64,000 bases of DNA from positions 73,852-137,851 of the forward strand of contig CAZNOH010000001.1 of NCBI GenBank assembly GCA_964574655.1, read 5' to 3'. The notes under the pieces were generated by a model, which ran no database searches, was not told where the DNA came from, and worked only from the letters and a program-made list of their open reading frames with translations. Numbering within the stretch: the first letter of the stretch is position 1; every line of letters begins with the position of its first letter. The position numbers and the translations under genes were made by a program. Source of the stretch: an uncultured Candidatus Saccharibacteria bacterium. Its GTDB lineage: Bacteria > Patescibacteriota > JABMPQ01 > JAQVVF01. Shown piece by piece: positions 9,909 to 17,166 of this stretch.

Positions 9909-10008
9909 GCCTAACGTCTGCCGATATGCGACGTTGTTACGACCGCAGGGAGTAACAATGTAGGTGAAGGCCGAGCCGAGGCCTGAACCGCATATCGTGC
10001 TGTTAGGC
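9909..10008. repeat. attC-like site D (100 bp)
   Basis: GCCTAAC-GTCT-gccgatatgcg ... cgcatatcgtgc-T-GTTAGGC; canonical RYYYAAC/GTTRRRY ends. Confidence 0.9.
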
Positions 10009-10121
10009 GAGGGTTCATTTTGGCTTCCTTATTATAGTTTATCAAGAAAATGCCAAAATGAAAGCGTAGCGTCCCCTTGCGTTTATTTTTTCAAATTGCT
10101 TTTCACACCAGCTTTCGCTAC

Positions 10122-10151
10122 TTGACAGTTTGCCCGCCCTCGTGGTAATGT
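10122..10151 (+). promoter_or_regulatory. putative sigma70 promoter of the cassette 4 gene
   Basis: TTGACA-18 bp-TAATGT with TGn extension; AAGGAGGT SD at 10201. Confidence 0.55.
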
Positions 10152-10213
10152 GCAATGTCCTTTGGACCGTGCCTCACAAGGGGCGCGAAACCGCACTTTT
10201 AAGGAGGTGCAGG

Positions 10214-10447
10214 ATGGTCAAGAACGAGACCAAGATCAAGGTGTTCGAGGTGGGGAACGGCGACGACGAGTGTGTGAAGCGAAGCCGGAGCGTGGGCGAC
10301 GTGCTCGAGGAGCGCGTCAACGCGTGGCTCAGCGGACAGAGCATCAAGGTTCTGCAGGTCGTTCAGAGCACGAACACGTCGCCCGGGATGGCGAGCTCGA
10401 CCTACTTCAGCGTCACCCTCACGATCGTCTACGAGACGACTCGCTGA
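10214..10447 (+). CDS. small protein, Cse60/DUF2758-like (cassette 4, inverted relative to the array)
   Basis: Perfect SD then ATG 10214; KIKVF...LEERVNAWL...IKVLQV...TIVY pattern; visibly GC-rich. Confidence 0.65.
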   Translation: MVKNETKIKVFEVGNGDDECVKRSRSVGDVLEERVNAWLSGQSIKVLQVVQSTNTSPGMASSTYFSVTLTIVYETTR

Positions 10448-10585
10448 CGAACATCAAACCGCGCGCCCGTCCGTGTCCACTGACCAAGCGTTGGTGGGCA
10501 CGGGCGGGCAAACTTCATTCACTCTACCGAGTGCTTTTTTATTTTACAAAACTTTCACGAAAAGCAATTTGAAAAAATAAATGTC

Positions 10586-10716
10586 GCTTAACGTTAAGAA
10601 TATCTGAAGTTCATTGTAGCATAGCGGAAATGAATTTGGGTCGAGAAAATTTCTTTTTCATTAATGTAAGGAATATAAAAGTGAGAAATTTTTGAGCCAG
10701 ATATTCTTTGTTATCG
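10586..10716. repeat. attC-like site E (131 bp)
   Basis: GCTTAAC-GTT-aagaatatctg ... cagatattctt-T-GTTATCG, two internal arms. Confidence 0.85.
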
Positions 10717-10734
10717 GATGTTTTACTCACGGTT

Positions 10735-11166
10735 TTATTGGAATAATTCCCTAATTTCATCCACATAAGGTTTTAGTTCATCAAACGACAAGTCCTGTTT
10801 AGTTTTGGGATCCCTATGAAAAAGATGATATTCAGGAAGCCTACTTTTATCACCATCCGTGCGAGGCATTACGTGAAAATGGAAATGTTCGACCATCTGT
10901 CCTGCATATTGACCTTCATTGAAACCATAATTAAAACCAGTTGGCTTCAAATATTCTTCATATTTTTTAGAAACCATTTGAACTGTAGTAATGAGGTCAA
11001 TCAATTCATCTTTGGTTAGTTCGCGAATATTTGTCACATGTCGTTTTGGCACCACAATACATTGTCCTTTATTTGCAGGACGAAAATTATGAATAACACG
11101 AACATTTTCATTTTCATACAATGATTGCGCTTCGATTATTTTTGGATCACAAAACGGACAGGTCAT
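10735..11166 (-). CDS. HIT family hydrolase (cassette 5)
   Basis: CPFC N-terminus; AGQMVEHFHFHVMPR histidine triad. Confidence 0.92.
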   Translation of the reverse strand: MTCPFCDPKIIEAQSLYENENVRVIHNFRPANKGQCIVVPKRHVTNIRELTKDELIDLITTVQMVSKKYEEYLKPTGFNYGFNEGQYAGQMVEHFHFHVMPRTDGDKSRLPEYHLFHRDPKTKQDLSFDELKPYVDEIRELFQ

Positions 11167-11198
11167 ATTTTTAAAATTAAGTGAGTGAGCAAAATTTC

Positions 11199-11385
11199 CG
11201 ATAACGTTCCCGAGTATGCGAAGCCGCGCTATTGTTTTCAGTACAAACTTACGCTTTCAGATAATACTATTTTAGCACTTCAGACACTCGATTTCAAGAA
11301 GCGCGGTTTGGGAGAGGAAAATAGCGATACCTTTGAAAATATAAAAATTATCGCTATTTTCTGAACCGCATACTCGGTGTTATCG
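11199..11385. repeat. attC-like site F (187 bp)
   Basis: CGATAAC-GTTC-ccgagtatgcg ... cgcatactcgg-T-GTTATCG; arms aagccgcgct/agcgcggttt and gaaaatagcgata/tatcgctattttc. Confidence 0.85.
11269..11297 (-). promoter_or_regulatory. putative sigma70 promoter inside att site F pointing into cassette 5
   Basis: Minus strand TTGAAA-17 bp-TAAAAT with TGc extension. Confidence 0.55.
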
Positions 11386-11570
11386 GATGTAAATTATTTT
11401 CATTTTTCGATTTTTTTCAACTATTCAAGGGCGAATTTTGATTCCGTTTGGCGGGGGCGCAAGAGGGGAATAAAAGGGGTGAATTGCGCCCCCGCCAATC
11501 ACTTCGTTTAAAATGAAGAAGGCCAGCGGTAATTTTCGATTGCTCGAATTTCCCGCTGGCTTAGCCCTCC

Positions 11571-12035
11571 CTATTTCTCGCAAACACCGACGAGTACGCA
11601 GTGAGGACCGCAACGATCATCGTCGGCGTATTGCTTGAGGCCGCGCGTAGGACCTCCACTGATAAAGAAGCTGCTCCTCGAACCCCCAATGAAGGCCATA
11701 TACGGGGCATCATTCAGTCCCAAATTATGGTCTTTTGCAGGGGGCAAGAGAGCTTCTGCGGGGTCGCAGAGACGCACGCCAACCTCACGAAAAGCGGCTT
11801 CCACGTCCGCACGGTAGACGATCCCGTCTGCACGCTTGAACAGCTTGCCGGAGACGATGCAGAACATCACCGTCTCGACACCCTGCCGCTCGGTCGGGAA
11901 GTTGTTGTCGGTGATGTCCCTGTCTACGCCATGGTATTGACCCTCACTGGCGAGTTGGGCGATGATGTGCGAGTTCCTGTTGAGCTGGAGCACGATCTTG
12001 TTGTCCGCGATTGCTCTTTTGAGTGTTTGCGACAT
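11571..12035 (-). CDS. hypothetical protein (cassette 6)
   Basis: AAGGAGAG SD before ATG 12035; GC-rich; hairpin at 11522-11560 after the stop. Confidence 0.65.
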   Translation of the reverse strand: MSQTLKRAIADNKIVLQLNRNSHIIAQLASEGQYHGVDRDITDNNFPTERQGVETVMFCIVSGKLFKRADGIVYRADVEAAFREVGVRLCDPAEALLPPAKDHNLGLNDAPYMAFIGGSRSSFFISGGPTRGLKQYADDDRCGPHCVLVGVCEK

Positions 12036-12265
12036 TTTCACTCTCCTTTTGTGTTTGTCTTTCCCCGCACCCGTCGCGGAGTTAGACAATTTAATCTATC
12101 ATGTATATAATACTTGTAAATACTATATGTCAGTAAATAATGATAAAATATGCTAAAATAAAGCAAAATAATGAGATAAATTACAAAATGTAAGTAATTA
12201 TTGACACAATTTAGCTGTTGTGATAGGATAGAAAAATCTATCTTGGATATTTAGCCACCAAACCT

Positions 12266-13051
12266 ATGGAAAACTTAATCAAAGATCTCGGACTTGATGA
12301 AAACGAGGCGAATGTATATCAAGCCCTTTTGGAACTTGGGCCGTCTACTGTTAGCCAAATAACAAGAAAAGCGGGAATTACCCGAACATTCGGCTATCAA
12401 ATTTTAGAAAAGTTAAGTGTGTATGGATTTGTCAATCGTGTATCGGGGGAGGGTGCAAAAATTCGTTTTGTAGCAGAACACCCGAGACGCTTAGTGCAGT
12501 TTATCCAAAACAGAAAAAATCAATGGGAAAGACGTCTTAAAGAAGCAGAAGACAGATTACCTGATTTAGTATCTTTGTATAAACTTGCCGATAAACCTAC
12601 TATTAAATATCTGGAAGGCATAGAAGGAGTAAAGTCAATTTTCATCCAAACACTTGAGTCAAAAGAGGAAATTTTTTCTATTTTGGACATCGAGGGTTGG
12701 GATATTCCTGAATTTCAAAGTTGGGGTAGAGAATATAACCGAGAAAGAAGTGCGCGGAAAGTAAAAGAAAGAATACTTATGTATGACACGCCACAAGGTA
12801 GGGAGTGGATGGATGACTATCGGGGTTCGTTCAAATATACAAACTGTCGTTGGATAAAGCCCGAAGATTTACCAGGAATTAGAGAATTCGGTGGCGAAAT
12901 AAATGTTTATGAAAATAAAGTTGTAATGGCCTTGCTGAAAAAGCCAAACATAATGGGGGTGGTGATTGAAAGCCAAGCATTGTCAAATATTTTAAAAGGT
13001 TTGTTTGAGTTGGCGTGGAAGCAAGGTATTGAAGTCAAAAGAAAAAAATAA
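12266..13051 (+). CDS. TrmB-family HTH transcriptional regulator (cassette 6)
   Basis: LGLDENEANVYQALLELG...ITRTFGYQILEKL winged HTH; IKYLEGIEGVK and EINVYENKV C-terminal domain. Confidence 0.9.
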   Translation: MENLIKDLGLDENEANVYQALLELGPSTVSQITRKAGITRTFGYQILEKLSVYGFVNRVSGEGAKIRFVAEHPRRLVQFIQNRKNQWERRLKEAEDRLPDLVSLYKLADKPTIKYLEGIEGVKSIFIQTLESKEEIFSILDIEGWDIPEFQSWGREYNRERSARKVKERILMYDTPQGREWMDDYRGSFKYTNCRWIKPEDLPGIREFGGEINVYENKVVMALLKKPNIMGVVIESQALSNILKGLFELAWKQGIEVKRKK

Positions 13052-13057
13052 AAAATC

Positions 13058-13083
13058 GTCCCGCCCGAGTATACGGGCGGGAC
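13058..13083 (+). terminator. GC-rich hairpin after trmB-like gene
   Basis: GTCCCGCCCG-AGTATA-CGGGCGGGAC. Confidence 0.6.
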
Positions 13084-13165
13084 ATCATATTTCCCCTAAT
13101 CAAATAATTATCAAAATTCGCCCCTCAATTATCAAAAAAATCGAAAAATGAAAATAATTTATTTC

Positions 13166-13190
13166 CGATAACTCGTTTATATCTATAATG
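13166..13190 (-). other. attI-like primary recombination site
   Basis: CGATAAC core ending cassette 6, with no partner hairpin to its right; followed by TATATCT resembling the ATATC motif of the other sites; adjacent to the recombinase 5' end. Confidence 0.65.
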
Positions 13191-13259
13191 TTTACAAATA
13201 GTATGCTAAATTTTGTATAATTGTGCTATATTATTGTTGTAAAAAGTAATTTTTTATTT

Positions 13260-14072
13260 ATGCCTAGTTTAATAGAAATTATGAAGCGGGACATGGAAAT
13301 CCTAAATTACAGCCAAAAGACAATTGATGCTTATCAACGAAATATTGCGGAATTGTATAGATTTGTAAAAAAGCCATTGAGGAATTTAGATGAGAATTCG
13401 ATAAAGGATTTTTTGAGCCAGAAACAGAAAAAAGGTTTATCAAGTCAGTCCATTGCTTTGGCGGTGAATGCGATTAATTTTCTTTATACTCGCATATACA
13501 AGGATCCTGATTATAAAAAAATGCGACATCCTAAGCGTTCTAAACGTTTGCCAGTGGTATTGTTGAAATCAGAGATTGAAAGAATTATTGAGCAGACAAA
13601 TAATAGAAAACATAAATTAATTATTGCATTGGCGTATGCTGGTGGTTTGCGTGTTAGTGAGGTTGTCAGTCTCAAGGTTCAAGATATTGATATAGATGCT
13701 TTGACATTGATAGTTCGACAGGGGAAAGGAAAAAAGGATAGATTAACAGTGCTTTCTAAAAGAATTATATCAGATTTGAGTGAAATGATAAATGGCAAGC
13801 ATAGTTTTGATTATGTTTTTGAAAGTGAACGAGGTGGCAAGTTGACTGTAACAACAGTTCAAAAAGTATTTAGCAAATGTTTAGAAAAATCAGGGGTTAA
13901 AAAACCTGTGACTTTTCATTCTTTGCGCCATAGTTTTGCAACGCACTTGTTAGAGAATGGCACTGATATTCGCTATATTCAAGAATTGCTAGGACATCAA
14001 AATATTCGAACAACGCAAATTTATACGCAAGTAACGAATCCGAGTATTAGGAAAATTGTAAGTCCGTTTTAG
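13260..14072 (+). CDS. tyrosine recombinase (Xer/IntI-related, SAM-like N-domain, no IntI insertion); putative cassette integrase
   Basis: Intact R (GLRVSE), K (KGKKDR), HSLRH, LGH and Y (QIYT); 270 aa from ATG 13260. Confidence 0.92.
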   Translation: MPSLIEIMKRDMEILNYSQKTIDAYQRNIAELYRFVKKPLRNLDENSIKDFLSQKQKKGLSSQSIALAVNAINFLYTRIYKDPDYKKMRHPKRSKRLPVVLLKSEIERIIEQTNNRKHKLIIALAYAGGLRVSEVVSLKVQDIDIDALTLIVRQGKGKKDRLTVLSKRIISDLSEMINGKHSFDYVFESERGGKLTVTTVQKVFSKCLEKSGVKKPVTFHSLRHSFATHLLENGTDIRYIQELLGHQNIRTTQIYTQVTNPSIRKIVSPF

Positions 14073-14133
14073 AAAAGTAAAAAGTCAAAAGTAAAAAGGT
14101 AAAAGTTACAAGTAAAAATTAAAAAGTATTTTT

Positions 14134-17100
14134 ATGATAGGAAAGCCATCTGAAGAAATAAAAGAGCGGTTGGATATTGTGGATTTGATTTCAGAATATA
14201 TTCAACTAACACCTGCTGGTGTTAATAATTTTAAAGCAAGGTGTCCTTTTCATAATGAAAAAACGCCGTCTCTTTTTGTATCCAAAGATAAGCAGATTTT
14301 TAAATGTTTTGGATGTTTTCCCAAGGGTGCAATCATTAGAACGGTAGAAGGCAACAAGGCAATTGATCGATTGAAAATTGGTGATTTAGTCTTGACGCAT
14401 AAAAGTCGATATAAGCCGGTAATTAAGTTATTTAAAAGAGATTATAAGGGACTTATGGTTGATGTTATAACGCGAAAATTGAATGAAGTTGTTTCTCTGA
14501 CTTCTGATCATAAAGTTTTTGTAATAAAAACAATAAATTGTAAACAAAAAAATAGAGAATCAAGGATTTGCCAACTACGATGTACGCAGAATTGTCCGAC
14601 TAAATATTTTAAGGATTATAAAATTAAAAAAATATTAGCAGGAGAATTGAAGCAGAATGATTATTTGCTTTATCCAATCGATGAAAAAGTTGTTGATATA
14701 AAAAAAATAAATTTAAAAAAATATTTGACTAAGAAAAAACCAATTCATGGCAAGGAGATTAGAAAATTGCCTGATTACTTAACTGTTAATTCTGATTTAT
14801 TAAAGTTATTAGGCTATTGGATTGCTGAGGGCAGTAGTCATCGAGCATATATCAGATTTAGTCTTGGCAATCATGAAGAAATTTTTGCTAATGATATTGT
14901 AAAATTGCTTTTTAAAGTTTTTAAATTAAAAGCAAGTATTTATCGAAGAAAAAATACTGAAAAAACAGGCTTAGAGATAACTTGTTGCAATTCTAATTTG
15001 GCGAATATTTTTGAAAATTTGTGTGGAAAGGGTGCTTTGAATAAACATATACCATTTGAATTTGTGAATTTACTTGCTAGAAAACAAAGAATTTTGTTAG
15101 AGGCGATTCATCGAGGGGATGGTTATCAAGGGTTTGTGAATGATAGTAAAAGAAAATATAGAGCAATTACGGTAATTTCTAGAACTTTGACAGATCAGAT
15201 GAAAGAGATTTTGTTGCGTTTAAATTTAATGCCAACTTTGTTTATTGCTGATGAAAAAGTTGACAAGAAAGGGGTTCGTCATAAAAAATCTTACACTCTA
15301 AGCTGGCAGGAAAATATTTTAGGGCATTATGCTGATTTTTATAGATTTGATAAAATTAAATATTGGATTTTGCCAATAAGAAAAATTGTGAAAAGAAAAT
15401 TTTCTGGAACTGTTTATAATTTGATGGTAAAAGATGATCATTCTTATACAACAACAAATTTTACAGTTGGTAATTGTGGAGAGGGCGGCGATGTTTTTTC
15501 TTTTGTGATGAAAATGGAAGGATTGGAATTTGTTGATGCATTAAGAATTTTGGCGGTTAAAGCTGGCGTGGAATTGAAACGCGAACAGCCAGAATTTTAT
15601 TCTAAGCGAGCAAGAGTTTTAGAAATTTTAAAATTATCAGCGGAATATTATAATTTAGCATTATTAAAAAGTAAAAGCGGACAAATTGCTAGGGATTATA
15701 TTGCGACAAGGAAATTAAAATCAGAAACTGTTAGTCAATTTAAATTAGGATTTTCACCTGATGATTGGGAAATGCTGTCTAGGTTTTTAAAGTCTCGTGG
15801 ATTCAGAGATGATGAAATTTTAGCAAGTGGAATGGTTGTGCCAAAAGATTATGGCAGATATTATGATCGATTTAGATTTAGATTAATGTTTCCGATTTGG
15901 GATGGACAGAATAATGTGGTTGGATTTACGGCCAGACAATTGAGAGAAGAAAAAAATATGGGCAAGTATATTAATACTTCGCAAAGCTTGGTTTATGATA
16001 AGAGCCGAGTGATTTATGGATTGAATTTTGCTAAGTCAGATATAAGAAGAGAGGATAGGGTGGTAATAGTTGAGGGCAATATGGATGTGATTGCATCGCA
16101 TCAGGCAGGAGTTAAAAATGTTGTGGCATCTTCTGGGACGGCTTTGACTTCAATGCAAATTGATTTGATAAAAAGGTATACAAATAATGTTGTTTTTTCT
16201 TTTGATATGGATTTGGCTGGAAATATGGCAACACAGAGAGGAATTGATTTGGCATTGGAATCAGGATTGAATATTAAAGTGGCAGTACCTAAAAAAAACA
16301 ATGACGTGAAAGATCCTGATGATATTATAAAAACAGAAGGCGTTAAGGCATGGAAAGATGTAATTAATTCGGCAAAATCAATTATGGATTATTATTTTGA
16401 AAGCAATGCAGAAAAATTAAATTTAACTGAAGTTTTAGATAAAAAAATAATGGCAAAGTTTTTATTGCCAAAGATTAAAAAAATTCCGGACAAGGTTGAG
16501 CAGGCGCATTATTTGCAAAAATTGGCAGGATTGCTTTTGGTTGGTGAGGATATTTTGCGAGAAGCAATGGGAAAAACACGAGTTTTACATGGCTATGGAA
16601 GATCGGCAAGTGCAAAAGCATCCGCCTTCGCTCCAACTGTGGTTGGAGCTTCCACCTACGCAAATGCTTCGGCGGACAAGCCGGTGGACAAAGAAAGCGA
16701 AACTGAATTGTTGCAGGAGCGTCTTTTTGGCTTGATAATGTCTGATTTTGAGAACTTTAAAAAGCTAGAAAGCTTTGATTTAGGGTTATTTAATGATCAA
16801 ATAAGTTCACTTTACAAAAGAATAAAAGAATATTATAATGATAACAAATCATTTGAGTTCAACGTCTTTAGTTCTGAATTAGAAAAGGATTCAGTTGTTT
16901 TGTCTTTATTTGCCAAGGAGCTAGTTTTGGGGATTGAAAAGGAGCAAAGTCAGCGAGAGAAAGGTGAAATTTTTGAAATCAAAAAAGAGGTAGATAGATG
17001 CCTGAACAGATTGACAGAAAATGATTTAAAGAAAAGATTAATGGATATTGAGGCGCAAATGCGCAATGCAGAGGTCAGCAAAAATGTAGAGAAGGTTACT

Positions 17101-17163
17101 GATTTGAGCAAGCAGTTTAATGTTTTGTCACAAAAGTTAGATAAAGTTAACGAGATTATCTAA
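14134..17163 (+). CDS. dnaG: DNA primase with intein
   Basis: CPFH..CFG|C zinc finger, DRFRFRLMFPI, KYINT, TOPRIM EGNMDV and FDMDLAG; followed by rpoD. Confidence 0.95.
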   Translation: MIGKPSEEIKERLDIVDLISEYIQLTPAGVNNFKARCPFHNEKTPSLFVSKDKQIFKCFGCFPKGAIIRTVEGNKAIDRLKIGDLVLTHKSRYKPVIKLFKRDYKGLMVDVITRKLNEVVSLTSDHKVFVIKTINCKQKNRESRICQLRCTQNCPTKYFKDYKIKKILAGELKQNDYLLYPIDEKVVDIKKINLKKYLTKKKPIHGKEIRKLPDYLTVNSDLLKLLGYWIAEGSSHRAYIRFSLGNHEEIFANDIVKLLFKVFKLKASIYRRKNTEKTGLEITCCNSNLANIFENLCGKGALNKHIPFEFVNLLARKQRILLEAIHRGDGYQGFVNDSKRKYRAITVISRTLTDQMKEILLRLNLMPTLFIADEKVDKKGVRHKKSYTLSWQENILGHYADFYRFDKIKYWILPIRKIVKRKFSGTVYNLMVKDDHSYTTTNFTVGNCGEGGDVFSFVMKMEGLEFVDALRILAVKAGVELKREQPEFYSKRARVLEILKLSAEYYNLALLKSKSGQIARDYIATRKLKSETVSQFKLGFSPDDWEMLSRFLKSRGFRDDEILASGMVVPKDYGRYYDRFRFRLMFPIWDGQNNVVGFTARQLREEKNMGKYINTSQSLVYDKSRVIYGLNFAKSDIRREDRVVIVEGNMDVIASHQAGVKNVVASSGTALTSMQIDLIKRYTNNVVFSFDMDLAGNMATQRGIDLALESGLNIKVAVPKKNNDVKDPDDIIKTEGVKAWKDVINSAKSIMDYYFESNAEKLNLTEVLDKKIMAKFLLPKIKKIPDKVEQAHYLQKLAGLLLVGEDILREAMGKTRVLHGYGRSASAKASAFAPTVVGASTYANASADKPVDKESETELLQERLFGLIMSDFENFKKLESFDLGLFNDQISSLYKRIKEYYNDNKSFEFNVFSSELEKDSVVLSLFAKELVLGIEKEQSQREKGEIFEIKKEVDRCLNRLTENDLKKRLMDIEAQMRNAEVSKNVEKVTDLSKQFNVLSQKLDKVNEII
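14314..15474 (+). mobile_element. 387-aa intein with LAGLIDADG homing endonuclease
   Basis: Starts CFPKG, block B LTSDHKVF, LLGYWIAEGS and LLEAIHRGDG, ends VYNLMVKDDHSY...TVGN|C; removal restores FKCFG-CGEGGD. Confidence 0.93.
16621..16691. repeat. nested in-frame palindromic repeats inside dnaG
   Basis: TCCGCCTTCGCT...TCCACCTACGC..GCTTCGGCGGACAAG.CCGGTGGACAA; same family as 38307, 50085 and 53401. Confidence 0.75.
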
Positions 17164-17166
17164 AAT

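Larger units (their letters stand above)
7941..14072. mobile_element. integron-like platform: 6 cassettes, attI-like site and divergent tyrosine recombinase
   Basis: Six AAC...GTT imperfect palindromes alternate with short gene units; half site at 13166-13172 lies 88 bp before the recombinase ATG. Confidence 0.85.

Noticed and set aside
7941-11385. CRISPR array or plain terminators
   Set aside because: No identical repeats, spacers are whole genes, there are no U-tracts, and no cas genes are in the window
10150-12110. Alternative ORFs 10150-10572, 11425-11613, 11601-12110 and 11635-11817
   Set aside because: Shadow frames of GC-rich genes; the chosen frames have the SDs
7941-13172. Cassettes as IS/MITE elements because of their terminal IRs
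   Set aside because: IRs differ per unit, there is no transposase or target duplication, and units are joined by conserved AAC/GTT hairpins
13173-13259. Pc and Pint promoters
   Set aside because: Several AT-rich candidates (TATAAT 13216, TGCTATATT 13224) but none with convincing spacing
13260-14072. Gene symbol intI, xerC or xerD
   Set aside because: Lacks the IntI insertion, and its context argues against a simple Xer role; left unnamed
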